Shown piece by piece: positions 18,792-28,509 of a stretch of DNA of 64,000 bases. Both the position numbers and the translations under genes were made by a program. Numbering within the stretch: the first letter of the stretch is position 1; the number at the start of each line of letters is the position of its first letter. The notes below the pieces were generated by a model. That model was not told the origin of the DNA. It saw nothing but the letters and a program-made list of their open reading frames with translations, and did no database searches. This stretch comes from Deltaproteobacteria bacterium GWA2_38_16 (GTDB taxonomy: Bacteria; Bdellovibrionota; JACOXK01; 2-02-FULL-40-11), in assembly GCA_001797335.1 (NCBI GenBank), contig MGPE01000002.1, positions 264,538 through 328,537 on the forward strand, read 5' to 3'.

Positions 18792-21700
18792 ATGCGAGTT
18801 GCTTTTATATTTTTAGTCATCGCGACAACGTTCATCTTAAGTTGTGGCGGAGGCGGTGGTGGAGGAGGAAGCTCTGGAGGCGGTGGTTCAGGGACCGTTG
18901 CAACATCCTCATCTCCCCCTACCATTGAACCTTTAACCGTATCAAACTCTCAAGCTGGTGGACTTTATAATACTGATCAAAACATTACTCTTTCTGCCAA
19001 TAGGGATAGCAAAATTTATTATACACTAGATGGTATTGATCCTAATGAAAACTCTCAAATCTATAGTGGTCTCATTGTCATTTCAGAAACCAAAACGCTT
19101 AAAGTTTTGGCCGTGGATGACAAAGGCATCAAAAGCAATATAGTTTCTTACATCTATACTATCGATAAAATAGCACCTCTGGCTCAGGCCAACCTAGAAG
19201 AAAATTTAAGCCAAGCGTTTGATACTCCTCAAGAAGTGTCTTTATCCTCAGAAAATGGGGCAAAAATTTATTATACTATCGATGAATCGGACCCTACACC
19301 AGAGTCTAGCCTTTACACCAAAGCTCTCTATCTCAATAAGAATACAACGGTAAAATTTATAGCTATCGATCAAGCTTTAAATCAAAGTACTGTGGTCACA
19401 AAATCCTATATCTTTAATATTACTGCCCCCACGATTTGGGCTTCCATTAAAGGCAAAAGCTCTAAAGATGATATTTCTGGTATCATTTTAAGTTTATCAA
19501 AAGCCGGCACCATTTATTATACGGATGATGGATCCGATCCAAAACTTAATATTGAACTTAGAAAAGTATATTCATCTGCCCTTCATTTAACAGCCAATAG
19601 TAACGAAGAAAAAACAATTATTTTAAAATTTTTTGGAATTGCACAAAGTGGTCACGATCTACTAGAGTCTGACACTGTCAGTGAAACTTATTTTATTGAT
19701 AAAAAACCACCTGAAGTTCCTAAAACCGATCTGGTAGGTGGGCCCTTTAATGCAGCCAGAACCTTTAATCTGCACACTGCAGATTCAACTGATCGTTTTG
19801 CATATGTAATGGATAGCTCAGAGCTATCTGCTAAAGAGTCAAATTATAATGACGAAATTTCACTCTCACAAACTTCAACCATTCGAGCCATCGCCATCGA
19901 TGCGGTTGGCAATAGAAGTTTGGAAAGTTCATTTCATTTTGTATTCGATATGAATAACCCTCAGATTTCTGTTACTAAAAATGGGGGAACTTATCAAGAT
20001 TCAGTCCAAAACATCAGTTTTACGGTGCAAGACGAAAGCGCAGTGGATATTTTTTATACGACTGATGGGAAAACCCCCACACAAAGCTCAGCCAAATGGG
20101 ATGGGACACCTCTTTCTTTTACAGCCACTACCATACTTAAATTTTTGGGTCGGGATAGTGCTGGAAATACCAGCAGTGGATCACAAACCTATACCATTAG
20201 TACCGTGCTCCCATCTGTTAGTGCCACTTCAGGAGGACTTTTTAACGATCCCAATAAACAAGTTGAATTCACCAAAAGCGATCCTGCAATTAAAATTTAT
20301 TATAATTTAAATAACAATGATGCCCCCACAACTTCTGCTTTAGAATACTTAAATCCAATTTCTTTATCAGAAGGAAAAACAAAGTTACAATATATTTTTA
20401 CTCGAGAGTTTCAAGACCATATCTTTAAAAGCGATCTTGTAACGATGAACTATGAAATTGACACCCAAGTTCCTCAAGTAACACTTTCATCGCCAGAAGG
20501 GACATATAGTAATTTATCCAGCGTTACATTTTCTATTACGGACAGTAACGACATCGATCTTTATGTCAAAGAATCCTCAGCCACTGTATTTGCAAAATAT
20601 GAAAATATAAAAAGCTTATTTTTGCCATTAACCAGTGAAGGATCGCATCAAATTTCTTACTATATCCAGGATAAAGCGGGGAATTTAGCTGGATCTTCCA
20701 GTGCTCCTTTCATCGCTACCTATATTATCGATAGAACAGCACCTACTGTCATTTGCACCTTAACAGATGGCTCACACCCTCTTTCTTATTATCAAACGGC
20801 TCAAGCTCTTATCTGCTCTGCACAAGATACTATATCTAATACCAATTCCATTTTTTATACTCTAAATGGTGCGACACCCACACCCCAAAACTGGGCATCT
20901 TATTCGAATCGTATAGATATTACTCAAGATCGACAAGTGAGAGTGGTTGCCCAAGACAGTGCAGGCAATATCACCGCTTCTCCTGTAGCCTATGATATGG
21001 TGATTGACACTCAAAACCCCACGATGAGCTTAAGTCAAAATGCAGGAACATATAGCTGGACTTCCACAACAAATCCCTTTACCATTTTTGTAACAACCAC
21101 AGACGATAAAACAAAATTAAATCTGCTTAAAGTAACCTATCAAATTGATGGCAGCAATTTTTCTCCCGCCACCTTTGAGGTTACTACGGGAAAATTTAGT
21201 TTTACTATCCCCAGTGGAACTCATGCGGTTTCTGTTCGATCGCAAGATTTGGCAGGAAATATGATAGCCTTAGATCATCAATCTTATAATATTGTCAGCA
21301 ATATCCCAACATGTATAGCAAGTATGCCCTCTGGCAGATATGTGCGTAATGACGGTTATTATGATTCCTCCACCTATAATAAATACGTATATAATTACCG
21401 CCCTATCGATATAACCCTGTCTACCAATCTTTCTGGATTTCATGTTGGCTATCAACAACAAGGAACATCAACACCAAGCCCTCTCATTAATGATTCTCAT
21501 ATTCAGATTGATACAGAGGGATACAGTACATATCAGTGCCATATCTTTGACGATACCAACCAAGAAATAATTTATCCTCGTTATTTTAATTATCTAATAG
21601 ACACAACATCTCCTTATGTAGAACTTGTAGGCCCCGTACCAGGTATTTATAGTGCTCAATATCTTCATCCTTATTTTGCGACTTCTGATAATCACACAAC

Positions 21701-22589
21701 TGTTTATTATTCAAGTGGGCTTAGCATTTCAACCACGCCTGATCCTGCAATAGGAGGCACCGGTACTCGTATAATAAATCCTAACAAATTTTTGCTAATT
21801 TCTAGTTACTATCAAAATGATCTCTACAACCTTTATAAGACCTATCTAGAAAGCAAAAATTTAAATTACGCTACATACTCCTCACCCTATTTATATGTCA
21901 ACGAAATCTCAGTCATTAAATATTTTGCTATTGATGAGGCAGGAAACAGATTCCCATCTTCAGGCTATCTGACTGCTACTTATACTATGGGTGTTTTACC
22001 CCCCACAATCGCTGTAGCTCCTCAACCTGGAACCTATGCAAGATCATCTCTTTCGACTATTCAAATTATTCCGACAAGTACCACTTATGAACCTACCCAA
22101 TTAAGAGTTTCTTATCAATCATATAGCTATCCTGCTACTTCAGTGACTCCTGATAGCAATGGGAAGTTTTATATTCAGACAGCACCTAATCTCGGAACAC
22201 TGACCGATACCACTCTACAGTATTCCATTATCGTCTCAGATCCTGCTGGGAATACAACGCATCTGGATACTCAGATTTATAGCATAAAAAGTACCTCTTA
22301 TTGTAATATCATTTCTAATGGTGGCACAATTTATGGTTCCAGTACATATGGAGGCAACTCTCCATTCTATACATTACCCATTTTAACAAATCCCATAACC
22401 CTATCCACAAGGTCTGGTTATCATCTTCGCTATAGAGCTCTCTCTACAGATACCAGCATCCCTTACACAAATTATAGTGCCCCTTTTCAACTCAATCATG
22501 GAACATATCAGGCCATACAATGTGATGCCTATGACGACGCAGGGATAAGCAGTTTTAATGTTGATTTTATGCGCCCTACTATTCAATAA
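18792..22589 (+). CDS. giant surface lipoprotein/adhesin with repeated chitobiase-C/Fn3-like (CHB_HEX_C-type) domains
   Basis: Lipobox ILSC followed by G8-SS-G4 tether (start moved to ATG 18792: MRVAFIFLV...); at least 8 repeats carrying the (K/E)IYYT(L/I/D)DGxDP(T/S) motif (e.g. KIYYTLDGIDPNENS, KIYYTIDESDPTPES, IFYTTDGKTPTQSS, IFYTLNGATPTPQN). Confidence 0.6.
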   Translation: MRVAFIFLVIATTFILSCGGGGGGGGSSGGGGSGTVATSSSPPTIEPLTVSNSQAGGLYNTDQNITLSANRDSKIYYTLDGIDPNENSQIYSGLIVISETKTLKVLAVDDKGIKSNIVSYIYTIDKIAPLAQANLEENLSQAFDTPQEVSLSSENGAKIYYTIDESDPTPESSLYTKALYLNKNTTVKFIAIDQALNQSTVVTKSYIFNITAPTIWASIKGKSSKDDISGIILSLSKAGTIYYTDDGSDPKLNIELRKVYSSALHLTANSNEEKTIILKFFGIAQSGHDLLESDTVSETYFIDKKPPEVPKTDLVGGPFNAARTFNLHTADSTDRFAYVMDSSELSAKESNYNDEISLSQTSTIRAIAIDAVGNRSLESSFHFVFDMNNPQISVTKNGGTYQDSVQNISFTVQDESAVDIFYTTDGKTPTQSSAKWDGTPLSFTATTILKFLGRDSAGNTSSGSQTYTISTVLPSVSATSGGLFNDPNKQVEFTKSDPAIKIYYNLNNNDAPTTSALEYLNPISLSEGKTKLQYIFTREFQDHIFKSDLVTMNYEIDTQVPQVTLSSPEGTYSNLSSVTFSITDSNDIDLYVKESSATVFAKYENIKSLFLPLTSEGSHQISYYIQDKAGNLAGSSSAPFIATYIIDRTAPTVICTLTDGSHPLSYYQTAQALICSAQDTISNTNSIFYTLNGATPTPQNWASYSNRIDITQDRQVRVVAQDSAGNITASPVAYDMVIDTQNPTMSLSQNAGTYSWTSTTNPFTIFVTTTDDKTKLNLLKVTYQIDGSNFSPATFEVTTGKFSFTIPSGTHAVSVRSQDLAGNMIALDHQSYNIVSNIPTCIASMPSGRYVRNDGYYDSSTYNKYVYNYRPIDITLSTNLSGFHVGYQQQGTSTPSPLINDSHIQIDTEGYSTYQCHIFDDTNQEIIYPRYFNYLIDTTSPYVELVGPVPGIYSAQYLHPYFATSDNHTTVYYSSGLSISTTPDPAIGGTGTRIINPNKFLLISSYYQNDLYNLYKTYLESKNLNYATYSSPYLYVNEISVIKYFAIDEAGNRFPSSGYLTATYTMGVLPPTIAVAPQPGTYARSSLSTIQIIPTSTTYEPTQLRVSYQSYSYPATSVTPDSNGKFYIQTAPNLGTLTDTTLQYSIIVSDPAGNTTHLDTQIYSIKSTSYCNIISNGGTIYGSSTYGGNSPFYTLPILTNPITLSTRSGYHLRYRALSTDTSIPYTNYSAPFQLNHGTYQAIQCDAYDDAGISSFNVDFMRPTIQ

Positions 22590-22611
22590 AAAGCCCAGTA
22601 AATAAAAAAGA

Positions 22612-23751
22612 TTAATTTTTAAGAATTTCAGGAAGCTTTAAAAGACATTCAGTCATTGGAATAATTTCAATATTATCCATAAAAAATCTTTTTTCTCCTC
22701 CATAAATAAAATACGCTTTTGCCATGGGATAATCAGATAAAAATGCTTTTAAACCATTTAAATCTTCTTTTTTGATTTTACCTTTTCGTTTTACTTCAAA
22801 TGCTTTTATACCTTTAGGGCCATAGAGAATAAAATCCACTTCTATATCCGTTGCTGTTTTCCAATAATAAAGCCCATAATTTAAATTTAAATACGCATTA
22901 ATAGCTTTTAATTCCTGAAAAAAAAGAGTTTCCAGCGCGGGCCCTTCTGCTTCTTCGGGTGAATCAAGAGGCCCGATGGGACGAATCGTTCGATAAACTC
23001 CCACATCAAAAAAATAAAATTTTGAATGAACACTCATTTTTCTTTTAGCCTTTTTTGTAAACACAGGAAGAAAGTCAGCCAATAAAAGATCTTCGAGAAT
23101 TTGAAAATAATTTTGAACTACTTTTCGTTCCACAGAGCATTCCCGGGCAACAGAAGTCACATTTAAAGTGGACGCTTGTGAAAAACTAGCTGCTTCCAGA
23201 AAACGACTAAATGCCCCTAAATTTCTAGTGAGCCCTTCTTGTTGAACTTCTTCCTGGAGATAGGTTTTAACATAGCTTTCAAGAAATTGTTTCGGATCTT
23301 CTTCGACATATATTCTGGGAAGTTGCCCAAATTTTAATGCTCTCAAAAAATTAAAATCTTTTTGCGTTTCGGTAACGGTCAGCGGAAAAAGAGATAAGAT
23401 GAGTGCCCTTCCAGCAAGCAAATTGGCTTCTTTTCGTTTGAGCTTTCTGGCGCTAGACCCCGTTAAGACAAATTTATAGTGTTGGTTTTCAATGAGCCTG
23501 TGAACTTCATCCAATAGCTCAGGTATTTTTTGAACTTCATCAATAATAATCCAATCTGCAAATCCTTTGGGAATAAATTCCGAAAGTCGTTGAGGATTAG
23601 CCAGTAAATCATTAAAAATTTCGGCTTCCAATAGATCAACATAGATAGCTTTTGAAAATTCAGATTTTACCCAACTTGATTTTCCTGTTCCTCTAGGGCC
23701 AAAAAGAAAGAAGCTCTTATGTTTAGGATAAGAAATTAATCTGGAGTACAT
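22612..23751 (-). CDS. AAA+ ATPase, DUF4143-type
   Basis: Walker A GPRGTGKSS at residues 18-26, Walker B IIDEVQ; overall architecture of the widespread ATPase + DUF4143 family. Confidence 0.7.
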   Translation of the reverse strand: MYSRLISYPKHKSFFLFGPRGTGKSSWVKSEFSKAIYVDLLEAEIFNDLLANPQRLSEFIPKGFADWIIIDEVQKIPELLDEVHRLIENQHYKFVLTGSSARKLKRKEANLLAGRALILSLFPLTVTETQKDFNFLRALKFGQLPRIYVEEDPKQFLESYVKTYLQEEVQQEGLTRNLGAFSRFLEAASFSQASTLNVTSVARECSVERKVVQNYFQILEDLLLADFLPVFTKKAKRKMSVHSKFYFFDVGVYRTIRPIGPLDSPEEAEGPALETLFFQELKAINAYLNLNYGLYYWKTATDIEVDFILYGPKGIKAFEVKRKGKIKKEDLNGLKAFLSDYPMAKAYFIYGGEKRFFMDNIEIIPMTECLLKLPEILKN

Positions 23752-23918
23752 AATTCCATTTTACACATAAAAATGGAATTTGCAACTCCATTTAAATAAA
23801 AAACTCACTCCCTCACCGTCACAACCGTTTCAGATTGGCTTATAAAAAATATAAGCGAGTAAGCAGCTCCCACCACAGCCGTTTTAAAGGAAATTGGCTT
23901 AAGTTTCGTCGCGAATGA

Positions 23919-24416
23919 TTAGTTATAAATAACTTCTACAGTAAAACTTGCAGTATAAGAACCCACGACTTGATCCAAGAGTAATGCTGCACGAGTTGCA
24001 CCCGCCAACAAAAGTTGATTTCCTGAACCATCTAAAGTTCCCCGTCCAGAAGGGTAAGAAGCAAAATTATTTGCAACAATCTGTTTATTTGCACCCACGC
24101 CATCTCCTGTAACCATTATTACAGAAGTAGGCAGAATAATATCATAAGTGGTGTTAGAATGCCCCGAAACTTGAAAACTGGCATTTTCAGGATTTTCAGA
24201 TGTCCCTGGATTAACCACTTTTGATGTGGCTCCTTGTGGTGCAGTTCCAAATTCCAAGTTTGATATACGACCAATGGAAATGGCTGTAATAACAGTTGCA
24301 TTCGCAGCAGCGTTATCTGTTGCCGAGTTTACCTCTTTTGATACTGTTACACTAAATAATGACAAAGTTACCATGAGAAGAGCCCAACCGGACATTACCA
24401 TTAATTTATTTTTCAT
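23919..24416 (-). CDS. SCPU-domain (spore coat protein U / Csu-type) pilin subunit, distal copy
   Basis: Signal peptide; ~140-aa mature protein, ~55% identical to the pilin at 27908..28420 (shared blocks ATVI(A/T)AI(S/T)I, NLEFG, NNFAS(Y/F)PSG, GATR(A/S)ALLL, ...(F/I)VEV(I/V)YN). Sits at the end of a chaperone-usher operon. Confidence 0.5.
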   Translation of the reverse strand: MKNKLMVMSGWALLMVTLSLFSVTVSKEVNSATDNAAANATVITAISIGRISNLEFGTAPQGATSKVVNPGTSENPENASFQVSGHSNTTYDIILPTSVIMVTGDGVGANKQIVANNFASYPSGRGTLDGSGNQLLLAGATRAALLLDQVVGSYTASFTVEVIYN

Positions 24417-24470
24417 ATGCTTATATCTCCTTTGTTTTGTTTATCGACCAAATAAAAAATAAACTTAAAT

Positions 24471-24507
24471 AAAATATAAAATAAAATGAAATTTCTTTAA
24501 AGAAATT
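24471..24507 (-). terminator. weak AT-rich hairpin plus U-tract between usher and distal pilin (possible attenuator)
   Basis: Perfect palindrome AATTTCTTTAAAGAAATT overlapping the usher stop codon, followed on the transcribed (minus) strand by TCATTTTATTTATATTTT. Confidence 0.3.
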
Positions 24508-27154
24508 ATTTTTTTATCAATGAGAAATTAAGATTTTCTAATAAATCGCCATTTTCAGATATAATAAATGTGTGTTTCAGCGGTATAGGTTGAACATAAT
24601 GATGCGTTTTAAGATAAGAAGATGAGATTTGGAGTGTATAATGACCTGGTTTTAATCCTTCAAAAGTATAAATGCCTTCCTCATCCGTTTTATTTGCTGC
24701 AACCTTTTGCCTTTGTGCATTTAATAATTCAAGTTCTACATTTCTGATACTCTCAAAAACATTCCCTTTTTTTAGAACGACATTGCCCCCCACTTCCCCA
24801 ACTGTCCAGATTGGAAAATCAATTTGAGTTGTCTTTCCCATTCTAGGATAAATGCGAAAACCATTTATCATCGATTTATGAAAGATATTTTCAAAAGACT
24901 GTGGGGAAACCTTCATATCTAAAACTTGTTGAGGCATTAATTTTCGAAAATATGCCATTCCCTCCCGATTAGTTTTTTGAGATTCGTTACTCTGCTTAAC
25001 AATCACTTTAATATCCGGCATGGGTTTTTCATCTGGATCTTTCTTAAAATTATGGTTTTTGTCTTGAAATACGAGTGCTGATATCGCACCATGATCAGCC
25101 TGGTTGTCGCGTTCCATTGCCCAGTTATTATTTCTTGGATCTCGGAAAAAACTATAACTTAAAGATATACCCACACCATGTGTATTATGATTTGAATTTG
25201 AAAAATTTAAACCCGCAGTAAAATATTTAAAATACTTATTTACAGAGAGTACCACTGTTGTCATATCATTGGTAACTTGTTGTTTCAGGGAAATTTGTGC
25301 ATTATATTGATTAGCAATTTCTCTTTTAAGACCAACATCATAGGCTTGAAGTAAACTTTTTCCATACGTCAATCCAAGACTTGCTTGATTATTAAAAAAT
25401 AAATAAAATCGAGTTGATAAATCTCCAGTCCATATTATGGGGGCAGAAAAAAAAACATCCAATTTATGACACACAGAAAATGGTCCAATATTGGTTGAAA
25501 GATAGTTTAAAGCTTCTGTTTCCAAGTGTTCATCATTAAAATATTTTCTTTGAAATTCCCATCGTGTACTGAGCTGTGGGGAAATATCAATAGGAAAAGA
25601 AAGAAGTCCTGTTAGTTTCTGATTGAGCAAGATAGCCCCCGTGCGATTGAAAACATCACTTCTAAAATGAGACAGATATCTATAGTTTGCTCCGATAGTA
25701 AAGATACTTAAAGGAGATCGCACATCTACTCCATAAGCTTGCCCTTTTTTCTCATTGAGCGCGACATGACTGGAATAAAGAAGATGATTCAAAAATCCAT
25801 TTAATTCTGCTACATAATAGCGCCTATCGAAACTTTCTTGAGGAAGTCTCATCTGAGAAAAAGCAAGCGCCATTGACATATTTGAGAAGAGATTTTTTTG
25901 ATAGTTTAATGCTGCTATCCCATTGGACTGCTGTCCTATTCCTGCAGCCAGGCGAAAGTTGCCTGTATTTGATTGAATAAGAGAGCTATCAACTTGGAAT
26001 GTTTTATGAATGACTTTTTCTTCTCCCCTAGGGCCAAATAACACCAACCGAAAACGATTGTCCCCATATAATAAAGGAACATTTTTAAAATGATACCTTC
26101 CAGATACATTTCCACTTTGCTGCCCTATTAAAATATCATTGTGATAAAGCTGCATATCCCAGTTTGGTAGCAATTCTCCTTCAAAATCATGACCTCCAAA
26201 AGTGGTGGGAATATTCAATGGATAATTAGAAATCAATCCTCCTCGGACCATGTTTGCACCGCCCACTAACGGTAAAGAAGGCCCATTAAAATGCCACAAT
26301 TGAATTTCTTTGGCATTTAAAAAACCAAGTAGTCCACCATCTGGCTGCCGCCTTGCAAAACTTAGCCAAGAGTTTTTAATCGTTTTTATATCTCCATTAA
26401 ACGATGCAAGCGTCTCCATCCCTAACACTTCTCCAGAAAAAGTGGTGTCATGAGCAAATCTATTGAGTAACAAATGTTGATCAATAAATACTCCATCCCA
26501 TAAAGAATATGGCTCATGCTTATAAATAAAATCGGGTGATGATACTTCTTTTTGAAAACTCGATTGAACAACCATTCTTTCTCTTCCTAAGCGTGCAAGC
26601 GGAGGAAGTTTTTCCAAAGCTGTAATATAAATTTGAGATTTAAGAGAATTAATTTCAATCAAAACAGGAAACCATATTTCAAGTAAAGAACGATCGACAA
26701 AGATTTCCTCTTTGAACGCTATAACCCGATTACAATCATACTGCTCGTGTTGATTTTTATATTCAACTTCACATGTTTTAACATTTAACCGAAAGATATG
26801 CGAAGGATGAAGAATATATCCTTCTACCATAGATATAGTATTTGTTGATCGAATGTTAACGCCAATACTTTCCGCAAATTCCAGCAATGGCAGTAGCCAT
26901 ATATTATTGATTTTATAGCTAATTAACGATTCTTTTAAGAGATATCCTTCTTTAAATCTAAGCTCTAAGATCCTTTCGTGGTCATCCGTCAAAGAAAAAG
27001 ATGATGTTTTATTAGAACCCTCGGCTTTTTCACAAAAAAACAACAAAAAAATAAAGAAAGGATATAATGATCTAAGGAATTTTTGCCGTAGTTTCAGCCA
27101 GTAATTTCTCTCCCTCAGAAGAAGAGGAGTAGAATTTAAGGTGTAGAATTCCAT
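24506..27154 (-). CDS. fimbrial usher (outer-membrane pilus assembly platform)
   Basis: 882-aa secreted beta-rich protein encoded directly after a PapD-like chaperone and flanked by pilins. The ORF-track start overlaps the chaperone by 83 nt, so the true start is probably a non-ATG codon near 27090 (signal peptide LYPFFIFLLFFCEKAEG). Confidence 0.6.
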   Translation of the reverse strand: MEFYTLNSTPLLLRERNYWLKLRQKFLRSLYPFFIFLLFFCEKAEGSNKTSSFSLTDDHERILELRFKEGYLLKESLISYKINNIWLLPLLEFAESIGVNIRSTNTISMVEGYILHPSHIFRLNVKTCEVEYKNQHEQYDCNRVIAFKEEIFVDRSLLEIWFPVLIEINSLKSQIYITALEKLPPLARLGRERMVVQSSFQKEVSSPDFIYKHEPYSLWDGVFIDQHLLLNRFAHDTTFSGEVLGMETLASFNGDIKTIKNSWLSFARRQPDGGLLGFLNAKEIQLWHFNGPSLPLVGGANMVRGGLISNYPLNIPTTFGGHDFEGELLPNWDMQLYHNDILIGQQSGNVSGRYHFKNVPLLYGDNRFRLVLFGPRGEEKVIHKTFQVDSSLIQSNTGNFRLAAGIGQQSNGIAALNYQKNLFSNMSMALAFSQMRLPQESFDRRYYVAELNGFLNHLLYSSHVALNEKKGQAYGVDVRSPLSIFTIGANYRYLSHFRSDVFNRTGAILLNQKLTGLLSFPIDISPQLSTRWEFQRKYFNDEHLETEALNYLSTNIGPFSVCHKLDVFFSAPIIWTGDLSTRFYLFFNNQASLGLTYGKSLLQAYDVGLKREIANQYNAQISLKQQVTNDMTTVVLSVNKYFKYFTAGLNFSNSNHNTHGVGISLSYSFFRDPRNNNWAMERDNQADHGAISALVFQDKNHNFKKDPDEKPMPDIKVIVKQSNESQKTNREGMAYFRKLMPQQVLDMKVSPQSFENIFHKSMINGFRIYPRMGKTTQIDFPIWTVGEVGGNVVLKKGNVFESIRNVELELLNAQRQKVAANKTDEEGIYTFEGLKPGHYTLQISSSYLKTHHYVQPIPLKHTFIISENGDLLENLNFSLIKK

Positions 27155-27911
27155 TCTTAATATCTATATTCTCTGGATTATTTAAATCGTAGGTCGCTGT
27201 TCTAAAATCCAAATAAGAAGCCACCCCTTTAATGGCACCCACTAGTTTTTCATCTTCATTGAAATTGAGGGGTTTAAAAAAAACAAAAAAATCACCAATA
27301 GCAAATCCTTTTCCAGATCGATTCATATTCACTTTAAAACTATATTGATGATCCCCTTTTTTGAAGAGTTCTAAATTGGAAAGGCTTAGTTTAAAAGGCG
27401 CATTTCCATGGCGAAAAATAACCGATATTGAAATAGCCATTTTTGCCTTCACATGCATCATAATTTTTTCTTTTTGGTTATTAAAGATCTCTGGTTCTTC
27501 ATTATCATTAAGAGGTACAAATCTTAAGTGGGCTTGATAATCTCCTTCGGTAAGATGGATGAGGGGACGAATCATTATCCGAACGAGTTGCTCTTCATTT
27601 GGCCCCAATTCAACATATTTTGGGGAAAAATGTAAAAAAGAAACAGCTGAATTCTCTTCTGGTTTAGGATATTTTACAAGTACCATAGAGCCGTCTCTAT
27701 TCATTCGAAAAAAGACAGCTGAGATTTTATAGCGTTCTCTGGTGGTATTTTGGTTTCGTATGGTCACTTCTGCTGCCCTTTTGTTATTGGAAAGTATAAC
27801 ACGCGTAGGAAACACTTGAAAACGGTTATCAGAAAATAAAGGTATTCCCAACGTTAAAATGAAAACGAATAAAACCTTATCTATCCTTAATTTCATATCA
27901 AAAAAAATCAA
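27072..27911 (-). CDS. PapD-like periplasmic pilus chaperone
   Basis: Signal peptide then FQVFPTRVILSNNKRAAEVTIRNQNT, the typical N-terminal chaperone strand pattern; ~250-aa mature two-domain size; ATGA overlap with the upstream pilin (27908-27911). Confidence 0.55.
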   Translation of the reverse strand: MIFFDMKLRIDKVLFVFILTLGIPLFSDNRFQVFPTRVILSNNKRAAEVTIRNQNTTRERYKISAVFFRMNRDGSMVLVKYPKPEENSAVSFLHFSPKYVELGPNEEQLVRIMIRPLIHLTEGDYQAHLRFVPLNDNEEPEIFNNQKEKIMMHVKAKMAISISVIFRHGNAPFKLSLSNLELFKKGDHQYSFKVNMNRSGKGFAIGDFFVFFKPLNFNEDEKLVGAIKGVASYLDFRTATYDLNNPENIDIKNGILHLKFYSSSSEGEKLLAETTAKIP

Positions 27912-28420
27912 TTATATACTACCTCAACAATAAAAGTCCCTCTGTAGGCTCCCACCGTTTGATTTAAGAGAAGCGCTGAACGAGTAGCGCCTACAAAAAG
28001 AAGTTGAAATCCTCTCCCATTCAACATGCCGTTTCCCGATGGAAAAGAAGCAAAATTATTAACGATAATTTGCTGTCTTACCCCCATACCCTGGCCTGTT
28101 GTCATCATAACAGAATGGGGTAAAGTAATGTGGTAGCCCGTATAGGGCTCTCCTGAGACAAGAAAGCTTGCATTTTCTGCATTTTCCGTTGTGCCAGGAA
28201 TAACTTGCTTTGGACCATCTCCTTGTACTGCGATACCAAATTCCAAGTCTGATATTTTATCAATGGTAATGGCAGCAATAACGGTTGTATTTACCGATGC
28301 TTCTTCCATTGCCGAATAAACATCCTTTGAAGAAATTTTTAAAAGCAATACCACTACAATAATAATAATAAATTGATACAGAAACAACCATACCCGTAAA
28401 TTCATAACTGGTAGCACCAT
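27908..28420 (-). CDS. SCPU-domain (Csu-type) pilin subunit, proximal copy (likely major pilin)
   Basis: Paralog of 23919..24416; signal peptide MNLRVWLFLYQFIIIIVVVLLL (true start probably ATG 28402); first gene of the operon. Confidence 0.5.
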   Translation of the reverse strand: MVLPVMNLRVWLFLYQFIIIIVVVLLLKISSKDVYSAMEEASVNTTVIAAITIDKISDLEFGIAVQGDGPKQVIPGTTENAENASFLVSGEPYTGYHITLPHSVMMTTGQGMGVRQQIIVNNFASFPSGNGMLNGRGFQLLFVGATRSALLLNQTVGAYRGTFIVEVVYN

Positions 28421-28509
28421 AAATTATTTCCCACAGATCGGAAACATAATATTAATTAAAAAACAATTGATTTAGTAAGTAAAACTTAATATAATAAAAT
28501 CTCTCTTTT

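Noticed and set aside
19981-22586. Internal and antisense ORFs inside the giant adhesin gene (19981..20310 +, 21270..21461 -, 22401..22586 -)
   Set aside because: They are embedded in a continuous 3.8-kb ORF with a strong repeat-domain signal; no independent support.
22612-23751. DUF4143 AAA ATPase as part of a defence system (Septu-like or similar)
   Set aside because: No partner nuclease/HNH or other defence gene is adjacent; it appears as a singleton flanked by an adhesin and the pilus operon.
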